DNA of 64,000 nt. Origin: Eledone cirrhosa (taxonomy: Eukaryota). Position 1 is the first letter of the stretch. Each line of letters opens with the position of its first letter. The notes under the pieces are model-generated. The model had not been told where the DNA came from. It searched no databases and worked only from the letters and a program-made list of their open reading frames with translations. Of the stretch, positions 54,111 through 64,000 are shown piece by piece. Both the position numbers and the translations under genes were made by a program. Location of the stretch: NCBI GenBank assembly GCA_964016885.1, contig OZ024741.1:357678001-357742000 (forward strand). The letters run 5' to 3'.

Positions 54111-55117
54111 ATATATATAGTGTTTTTCTCTTGTTTTCTAAATTCCTTTCCTTGTCTTGTACAATGTCTAAATTATAATATACCAAAAGTTACTTTGATC
54201 ACACAAGAAGATTCTATCTAACATTCCATGGCTATTTCACAAACCTTCCTCTCTGTATAGGAAATAATTACATTAGCTTATTTAAATAAACTCTTGCTAA
54301 ACAAAACAAAAAGAAAAGAAAAGAAAAATATTATCTCTATCCTTATCATTATTTATTTACTTACATTTTTTGTGATAATAAAATATTTGTTAAATTGTGT
54401 GTGTGTTTGGCTGTACAAATGGGTAAAATAAAACTTAATACATGGGCAGTGATATATATTTTATTGTAGCTGTGAAGCTATACTATCTCGCGTTTTATTA
54501 CTATTTTCCTAATTAATGCTCTTTATTTTAAAAAAAAAATGTTATTTTTTATTTATATTTATATATTTTTGCTCCTGTTTTTTAAATTCCATCCTTTGTT
54601 CTTTTGCAATAATCTACGTTATAGTATTATAGAGAAAGAGGTTGTTCTGATCACATAAGATTAGAATGTTCTAAGTCTGAAGAGTCTTGCTATTTTGAGA
54701 GGTTGACTCGTTGCCTAATTATGTTCTAGTTCCTTGTTGGCTTCACAATATATTTGGTATTTCTTCTTACCTCTTCAGCTGTCAGCAGAGAAAAACATTG
54801 AAACTAAAATGTGGGTGGAAGTGTGTGTGTAATGTAGTTTATGTGAGTGAGATTAAGATTCCCAGACATGTTAGTTCTCATCTGTTGAAGAGGAGTGAGT
54901 ACCTGCCTGACTGCCTCCTGATGCCTACATTTATTACCTGGTGCCATAAGGTTCTGCAGCTTTTACAAGCCCCCCTCCCTCTCTCACTCATAAACACACA
55001 TTTGCATCTGACACTACCAACTGTATGCCACTTTATCATTTCTTTCTGGTTAAAATGGAAGAACCTCTTCACCATCATTATTAATATTATGTTGTCATAG
55101 CATTGCCTGTTATGATA

Positions 55118-55956
55118 ATGGTGGTGGATTTCAGAATCATTAGAACATCGGACAAAATGCTTTGTAGCATTTAGTTATGGCCTTCCATGTTCTGTGTTCA
55201 AACCCTACCGAGGTAAACTTTGCTTTTCATTCTTCTGCAGTTGATAAAATAAGGAACCATTTATAAACTAAGTTGAATATAATCAAGATGCCCCTTCATC
55301 CAAATTGCTGGCTTTGTGCCAATGTTAAAAAGAAAGAATTATTATTATGAAAATAGAGTGGTGGATTGGCAGTATCGGTAGAGGGTCGGATACCATGCTT
55401 TACAGCATAGAGTTACAGCTCTTTACTGAGTTCAAATCCCGCTGAGGTTAACCTTCCCTTTCATCCTTATGGGGTTGATAAAATAAAGCACCAGTAGTGT
55501 ACTGGGGTCGATTTAATCGACTTTCCCCTCCCCTTCAAATTGCTGGCCTTGTGCCTAAAGTAGAAACAATTATTATAAATAAAGAATTATTATTATTTTG
55601 TCCTGTTTGGGTCAACTTTGCCCTTTATCCTTTCATGGTTGATAAAATAAACAGCGGTTAAGTACAAGGGTCAATTAATCTAACTATATCAACAACAACA
55701 ACCTCCTCCCCCCACCCCAATCACTGCATGGCCTTGTGCTTGAATTAGAAATACATAAAAGAAAATAATATTAAGAATTATTATTATCATTCTTGATTTT
55801 CTTAATCTGGGTTAAAATTTCACTTTGGTTCATTTTACATATTTTATCTCTTTAGGGGGAGATAAAATCAATACCAGTAATATACTGGTGCCAACTCAAT
55901 CAACTATTCCTCACTACCACCACCAAAACAAAAAACAGAAAATGTGTGTCCTCGTG
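55118..55956 (+). mobile_element. Head-to-tail cluster of about 4 family-A-like SINEs
   Basis: Core and 3' motifs recur at ~55118-55348, 55358-55596, 55608-55787 and 55815-55956, separated by AAGAATTATTATTAT tails. Confidence 0.8.
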
Positions 55957-57559
55957 TTAACCCTTTAGCATTTACATTACTCTATATATACTATTGTATT
56001 TTTGTGCTAAAGGCTTTATCTTACATAATACCGAATCTACGAGATTTTTATGTTATTTATTTTGAGAACAATATCTTAACATTAGTATGAGCAAGTGGTT
56101 ACAGCTGGTTTGAACAGAAAGAGGTGAAAGAATTCTGGCCAGATGCTGCCAGTTTAAATGCTAAAGGATTAATGTACAGAGTTATTCCTGAGTAGTCAAG
56201 AACAATATAGTATTTGACGTAACTATTAAAATACCAGACAGGCTGCCATCAGTATTTAGTCATAGTTTCTCATGGCGAGAAATTTAGTTATATTACTAAA
56301 TCCCCACAAATTCTTGATTATTTTCAAAATTATTCGAAAATTATAGGCAGTCTCTTTCATTAGAAATATGGTAAAGAAAAGTTTAAAATGTATATATTTA
56401 TCTAAAAATCTTTCATCATATATTTTATGTAAAAACTTTTATGTTACAAACATCAATTTAATAATTAGAAAGTTAGTTATATTACTAAATCTAAATTCTT
56501 GATTACGTAAAGGTGTATGGCTTTGTGGTTAGAGAGTTAGCTTCACAATCATGAGGTTGTGAGCTTGGTTCCCGGAGCAGGTGATGTGTTGTCCTTGAAC
56601 AAGACACTTTATTTCAGGTTGTTCAAGTTCATTCAGCTATAGAAATGAGTTGTGACATCACTGGTGCCAAGTTGTATCGGCCTTTGTCTTTCCCTTGGAT
56701 GACATTGGTAACATGGAGAGTTGAGACTGGTATGCATTGATGACTGTTGGTCTTCCACAAAAAGACGTATGCACTGGAGGGGAACTTTTTAGGTACAAAA
56801 CCTATGATCATTCGTGACCAAAGGTAGGGGTCTTTACCCTTTTTATTTGAAAAGCATAAAGTGTTTTTCATTAGAAATATAGTAATGAATGTGTTAATGA
56901 GCCAAGCACCCTAACTATTGATTAGAGTGTAGAGCTTATAAGATTATTAGTTAGATCTCTTGACGAGGTGCCACCTTGTGTTCTTGAGCAAGGTACATAG
57001 CTCTAGTCCACTTAACTGAAGAAACTGAGTACCAACAGCAGCTGTTGGGGTTTAACTTGACTAGTGGGGTGGGAGTCTTGTACTCTCAATTGCTTAATAC
57101 CTCATAAAACCTGGATAAACTCTGACCAGATGAGACAGATCTTAAATTAAACAAAGCAAATTTTACAAAAGCAGGAAGTACAGTATAATCAGTTGAATCA
57201 ATGCCTAATATATTACTGGTATATAAGCTGTATCTGTATATATCTATTCTAAATAGATACATCATGTTCTTGCATGTCATAAGAGATGACTAAAAGGGTT
57301 AATACAAAGAAGGGCATTTAGCTGGGAAAACTTGTTATTATTGTATATAAAAAAAATAGTTTGGCTGGGAAACAGTCATAAAATGTTTGTTGCTGTTTAT
57401 AGGAAATATCTTAGCAGAGGAAATGATCTTAAAACGTTTTGTTGTTGTTGTATATAAGAGATAGTTTAGCAGAGTAATTGATCTTAAAACATTTGTTATT
57501 GTTGTTGTATATAAGAATAAGAAGCAGTTGTGTGATTGATTAGAATGCAGAGCAATACC

Positions 57560-58230
57560 CTGAAGGATTTCCCTGGTATTACTGTAGGATGAGACTTCAG
57601 TGACACTGACCTTGACTCTGTCAATGACCTTGCAATAACTTGGAGAATGTTCAATCAGCCATTGAACTCCTCAGTATCTACATGTCACATGTTAGCATGA
57701 AAATCAATGTAGCCAAAACAATGATACTCTCTGCTGGCATCTCATCTTCTGAATGATGTGTTCTCAATGATGAGTTTCTTGAGCCACATACCTGCATCTA
57801 TTGAGTGCTTGTTATCACCAGCCTCCTCAGTGGCTGCAAAACATGACGAATGAAAGCAATGGTTTTATGTAAGCTGGATGGTTTTGACAACTTTTGCTTT
57901 CACCAAATCATCCATGTTTCAGTGGTGGATTTTGCTGTCACTGCTTCTGTTGGTTTGGCCATGCACTCTGCCACCCATGAAGTTAATTCATCCATAATGC
58001 AGTTGTACCAGAGCCCCTCCTGGGATTACATCAAAGATGAAGCAGAGAGTGGTGTGTTACAAACAAGTTGGATCTTGGGCTAATGTTTTGTTCTCACATA
58101 TAAGATGTCTGCCATTGGACTTGTGACAAGCTGACAATATCTTTGTTAGATCTGTGATCACTGTGCATGGCTGTTCTCCATTCGCAATGTTGTGGATGCA
58201 ATGGCTGGAGCTGGCTCAACCCATTCTGAG
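57560..58230 (+). mobile_element. Very degenerate non-LTR RT fragment
   Basis: Remnants resembling the ADD and MKIN..KT motifs and the C-terminal R.W region. Confidence 0.45.
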
Positions 58231-60715
58231 TAAATGCCAAAATAAGTGCACAAAAGTAGTAGTTATTTGAGCTAAGCTCTGAAAGATGTAAAGTGAACCT
58301 CAGTGAAATTTGAACTCAACACTGAGGGCTCGAAATAAATTGTGTAAAGTATATAATTAGCTCAATTCTCTACTGTTTCTGCCAACTCACTCCGCTGTTG
58401 GTTGTAAATATATTACAAAGTCTTCTTCCTTGTTTATCATTATTTACCAGGCATTCCTTTAGAAACCACATGAGTGTATTTGGTTGTCAGTAATGTAGAA
58501 CTTCCTGTACTTCTTGGCTGCATCATTAAATATATTCTGATTTCCCGTTATTTTCCTCTTCCTGTCCACCTCACCTACTTCTGATAGTTTGTCTATTCTT
58601 GTCAGCTTCATGTCACCCCTACAAGATGCAGTTTCCTTTACACACTCTTTTACTTTTTTTACTCTAAATTCACTGGTTAAAAAATTTCTCCACAGAATAG
58701 CATTCAGTTGCTTTGTTGGTGAAAATTAACAAATACTTTGGATCTGAATGTTTGTTTTTCCTTCAGTTTTAATCCTTTTGTTACCATATTTCTAATGAAA
58801 AACACTGCATATGATTTTCAAATCGTTTTGAAAATAATCAAGAATTTGAAGGATTTAGTAATATAACTTGCTTTCTTATTATTAAGCTGGTATTTTGAAG
58901 AATAACTAAAGTGTTTTAAAATTTTCTCAAAGATCTGTCCATTCATAAAAATATTATATGCATTTAAATTAATAATCTTGTTTTTAGATATTTTCTGCTG
59001 AATCATTACTGCATAAGAGCTAATGTATGAATAAATTGAACTAAGGTATTCAAAATGAATAATTATGTGAGCAGTAGATTGACGTTATGAAAGTGTCGGA
59101 CAAAATATCTGGAATTATTTAGATATGGTTCTTGTAATTTTGAATTCAGATCTACTTGAGGTCAACTTGGCTTTCATTCTCTTTTTTTAAGACAATAGAG
59201 ATTTGGCTGGTATTGTTAGCATGTTGAGCAACCGCTTCTTCATTGGCTATTATTATTATAAGGGTGGTGGATTGGCAGAATTGTTAGAACATCAGACAAA
59301 ATGTTTTGTGGCATTTGTTCTAGATGTTTATGTGCTGAGTATTCATACCTCGAATAGGTGAACTTTACCATTCATCCATTCAGGGTTGTTAAAATAAAGT
59401 ACCAATTAAGTACTAGGGTCGATATAATCAACTTTCCCTTCCTTCAAATTGCTGGCTTTCTATACAGTGCTGATGATATTACGTTTTAAATAAGTGCAGC
59501 ATCTACATTGCAAAATCGACTTCAAAAATAGAAAATATATTTTGTAGCTAGCTACATATAACTTGGAATTTCGTGTGATTAATATCACTTTTAAAAAAAA
59601 AAGGTGTGAATTCAAAAAAGTTTATCAGCAATGCTAACTATATAAATAACTGACTGTTTTACATTCTTCACCCTTTCACATTAAATGTTTTTTTTTTTTG
59701 TTTTTTGTTTTTTCTCTACTTCTGACATAAGCAGAGAAACTAAAAAAAAAAAAAAATCTCTTCTTGGGTAAATTGCCATACGGTCATATCTATCTATAGC
59801 CTTTATGGTTAAGTGTGCAACCATGGATGTGTGCTGCTACACATGTGAAATACTGAAAGCACTATAATCTTAGTTTATATGTATGGAACTAATAGTCGTA
59901 AGGGCACCATAGTGGGCACTTTAAACTTGGTGGAACCCATCCCTCTACAGGCTTGAACACAGCCGATTTCTTCCAGAGAAAGAGATATAGAGGAAGTGAG
60001 AAAGAGGTATAGAAGAAGAATCAACCACAGTAGTAGACTGGTACTTTTTTATCAACTTCTAAAAGAAGGAAAGACAAAGTTGACCTTGGCAGAATCTAAA
60101 GTCAGAACACAGAAAGCCGGAACAAATACTGCAAAATATTTTATTTGACATTGTAACAACTGCCAATTCAGTTCCTCGATCCAAGTTTAAAACTACTACT
60201 ACTGCTAACTTAATGACAATAATGATAAACTAACTCACCAAACCAAGAAATTCTTTAATTCCAGTTTTTAATTAAACATTTTTTATGTGTTTATTCTTTC
60301 TTATTTATATTTTTATCTCTTTACTAACCATAATTTCTTTCCCTCATACTTCCTTCCTTATTTTCTGAATATAAACTGATACTTTTTTTTCTTCTTTTAA
60401 CTGTCATGAGGATTGCTGATATTTCCATTTAGCTAATCTATATATGTCACACACTACACATTCACACAGACACACATGCTGTCTGCACATGCACATGATG
60501 TAGGGTGTGAAAGACTTACATACAGGATAAATATACTGTAATTTCATACCAGTCAATAATAGAGCTTAATAGAACTTCTAAGTGGTTGCTGAACTAACTT
60601 GCTAGAAAAAATAGCAGCCAAATCTCCCTCAAACTGTACCTGGCTATCTTTAAAGAGAAATGGTAAATAAATAAAAAGTATATATTGGGTAATAACTTAG
60701 TACTAGATAAACTAT

Positions 60716-61258
60716 GTCTGGGCATGAGGTGCACTGAGTCTGGGCGAGATGTGCACTGAGTCTGGGCATGAGGTGCACTGAGTCTGGGCATGAGGTGCAC
60801 TGAGTCTGGGCGAGATGTGCACTGAGTCTGGGCGAGATGTGCACTGAGTCTGGGTGTGATGTGCACTGAGTCTGGGCGAGATGTGCACTGAGTCTGGGCG
60901 AGATGTGCACTGAGTCTGGGCGAGATGTGCACTGAGTCTGGGCGAGATGTGCACTGAGTCTGGGCATGAGGTGCACTGAGTCTGGGCGAGATGTGCACTG
61001 AGTCTGGGCATGAGGTGCACTGAGTCTGGGCATGAGGTGCACTGAGTCTGGGCATGAGGTGCACTGAGTCTGGGCGAGATGTGCACTGAGTCTGGGCATG
61101 AGGTGCACTGAGTCGGCATGAGGTGCACTGAGTCTGGGCGAGATGTGCACTGTCTCTGGGCGTGAGATGCACTCTCTGGGCGTGATGTGCACTGAGTCTG
61201 GGCGTGAGATACACTGTCTCTGGGCGTGAGATACACTGCATCTGGGTATGAGACGCAC
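60716..61258. repeat. 22-bp minisatellite, ~25 units with two main variants, nested in a SINE-like element (~60580-61412)
   Basis: Units GTCTGGGCATGAGGTGCACTGA and GTCTGGGCGAGATGTGCACTGA; flanks match the reverse complement of ~37815-37975. Confidence 0.95.
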
Positions 61259-63499
61259 TTTATCATTGTACCAGATACAATGTCTTAGTATCAAATACTA
61301 TATATCAGTATGAGGTACAGTATGTCTTAATAAAAAGATGGGATGATTAAGGCTGGAAGACTTGATCTAAGATCTTTTAGATCAGAGCTGAACTGTGTCT
61401 AAATAACAACCACAGTATAATATTTATATGTGCCAAGTGGCGATGTAAAATGGAATTGACTCCACAATACATGTTCTCATTTCCTACTTAATCAGAACTA
61501 ATATGTCACTGATAATGCTTTCTTTACAAATGCTTTATCTTCTTATCACCTCCCAACCATCTTCTTACTCCATATATCAATGTTGTGTATATGGAATAAA
61601 TATGTAAATATATACATGCTGAGATGGTGTTATCAGTGGTGGTGACAGTATCTCTCTCTCTATATATATATAGTTCAAGATAATAAAAAGACAGAACAAT
61701 TACACAGTCTTATTAGTTTCACACTTGAGGGAAAACGAAAAAATATATATACATACATGAGAGAGAAAGAGTTTATTAACAATTTTAACATATTTTTAAT
61801 GACATTTCATTTCAATTAATTAATGAAAAATTTGAAGGGATTTACTAAAATAATAAGTAATTTCAATATTAAGATAATGTTTGTAAATAACTTAAAGGTT
61901 TATATTTGAAATTATGTTGGAAGATTTTAATTTAGATAGAACCAGAGCCAGTTTGGGGCTAAGTTGATATTAAAAGGGTTAAGGCAGAACCATTGACTGG
62001 TTACTCTATGTGCTACAAGTTCCTTGTTCATTATCAAGGGCATGACTGTAAAACACTGCCTCCCAAAGCATATCATGGGGCCAGCAAGGCTTTAGCTGGG
62101 AAAATTACCTGAACCCTTTTGATACTAATACTAACCCATCTGAAATTAGCTCTGGTGTTTTTACAAAATCTAATTTTAAAGTGTTCTTACTCAAATTCAA
62201 ACCTTCCATGTTTATGTAGGAACCTTTTGCTAAGTTCTGTTTCAAATAACAGTGTAATACAGTAAAGGCGGTTATTTTATTAAATCCCTCCAAATTTTTT
62301 ATTATTTTGAAGATTAATTGAAACCCATAGGTAGTATATTTCACTAGAAACATGGTAACAAAAGGGTTAAAATGATTGTTGTTCTGTTACATACTTCATA
62401 TATGTCCTACCAAATTTGGTGAGTGGTTCTAAAATATATAATAAATGATGATGGAGGCAAATAGCATTATTATGACAATGTGATAATACTAATGATGATG
62501 AATTATATTAGAAAGGCATCTGTTGTAAATAGTATGTTTTTATTGAATAATTGGTCGTTCTTAAGAAAAGAAATTTACATATCCTATTTATAAATTCTTG
62601 CTAATCTTTTATTACCAGAAGAAAATTTACTTTACATATTTTACTTCACTTCCCTTCTGCCTTTCCTTGCCCATCAGCAGTTAGTTACCATTCCAGCAGC
62701 AGGGCAGCTACATCACTAAAAATGGACTGTATTTCAGCCTCTTATATATCTTCGTAGTTTACTACTACATTCTTTTCCATCACTGGATTTAAATGGTATT
62801 TAGTTAGACGTAGACATTATTTAGACAGACATATGGGGAAGGAACTTTTGTGGAAGTGCCTTGGCTAATTCTGTTGTATAAACAGCTTCTTTTTAGTCAA
62901 ACATTATCATCCTCATCATTGAAAAAATAAGTACTGGTGTCGCCTTCAAGGTGGTGCCCCAGCATGGCCAGTCGAATGAGTGAAGACAGTGAAAGAATAA
63001 AATAAGAAAATATGTGTGTGTGTATTGAATTAATAAGTTCCACTATATTTTTTACTACAGAAAATTGTCTAATAATTATTTCTACTTTTGGCACAAGGCC
63101 AGCAATTACCCAGTGCATTACTGGTACTTTATTTTATCGACCCCGTAAGGATGAAAGGCAAAGTTAACACTGGTGGGATTTGAACTCAGAACATAATAAT
63201 AACAGGGCATATAAGCTTATCAAACTGCATGACTGTCACCAAGTGTGGCAAGAAAAATATGGTGCAGACATGGCTGTATGCTTTGCAATCATATGGCCCC
63301 AAATCTATAACGTGGTCTCATCATATGGCCTCTTGGACAAGTGTCTTCTATAATTTTAGATTGACCTAAGCCTTTTGAAAAGAACTGGGTAAATTGATAT
63401 ATGGACTGTATTCTGTTTTAGACTTAATCTGTCACTCAGATTTGAAACCGCCTTTGGTTCACTTTAAAGTATTTATATTTATCTAAAAACCTCTTCTTT

Positions 63500-63900
63500 T
63501 TCATTGCCCACTTATTCCTGGGAGGGTTGTGGGGGCAGAGTCCTCAAGTATACCTTCCAGCAGGTTCTGTCAGAAGCAGTTATCTCCAGTTGATCCAGCT
63601 GAGCTCATGGATTTTATCCAACCATCTTGCTCAGGGTCTGCCCCTGGGTCTCCTGCCAGTTGGTTTTGTTCGTAAAACTTAACCAGCAATCATTTCTTTC
63701 AGTCATTACCCAAGATTCATGACCATAGGTAAGCGTTGGCACGAGTACTGAATTAAAGATAGCGAGTTTGGCTTTTACACCTACCTCCCTGCTTCTGATG
63801 ACCAAATGCTGAAGCTGGCACATTACTACACCAGCTACTGGAATTCTTGCACTTAATTTAGCCTCTTGCCTTTCATCACTCATGAACACAGCCCTGCTTC
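63500..63900 (-). mobile_element. RTE LINE 3' fragment
   Basis: KAKLAIFNSVLVPTLTYGHESWVMTER, followed by a GRRPRGRP-like segment. Confidence 0.8.
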
Positions 63901-64000
63901 AGTGGAACTCCATTCACATGTATAGTACACTGTACAGACTTCCTTGAGAGGAAGAGTTTCTCAGGCTTTATAGCACTGATTTTCATTCCTGCTGTGCAGC

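Noticed and set aside
60594-61294. Three overlapping 184-215-aa minus-strand ORFs, and a superficial CRISPR-like look
   Set aside because: They are products of a stop-free 22-bp tandem repeat; there are no unique spacers and no cas genes, and the context is eukaryotic.

Overview
AT-rich, microsatellite-rich eukaryotic DNA, not prokaryotic: no operons, CRISPR array, rRNA or intact tRNA genes. The SINE/RTE/microsatellite make-up looks to me like an octopod cephalopod (Octopus-like) genome; this is inferred from repeat recognition, not verified. The window appears to lie inside the long introns of one + strand gene. It has a large acidic, Tyr-motif and SP-rich phase-0 exon (1534-2412), a 64-nt exon (33618-33681) and a probable alternative exon (10289/10333-10728). 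The rest is mostly mobile-element debris: RTE LINE fragments, RTE-tailed and other tRNA-derived SINEs, two TTAA-flanked piggyBac-type MITE families, a Tc1 DD34E relic, a Penelope relic and CR1/L2-like 3' ends. Most short ORFs in the track are artefacts. Most notable observations: (1) a ~420-bp foldback element whose loop holds a 14-nt AG|GT...GTAAGT microexon-like or recursive-splice-like unit; (2) a young RTE insertion with a ~190-bp target-site duplication; (3) a TAATG stop/start overlap inside a splice-flanked exon; (4) a 22-bp two-variant minisatellite nested in a SINE; (5) RTE tails repeatedly sitting at (TA)n in both orientations. I cannot demonstrate a wholly new biological system from sequence alone.
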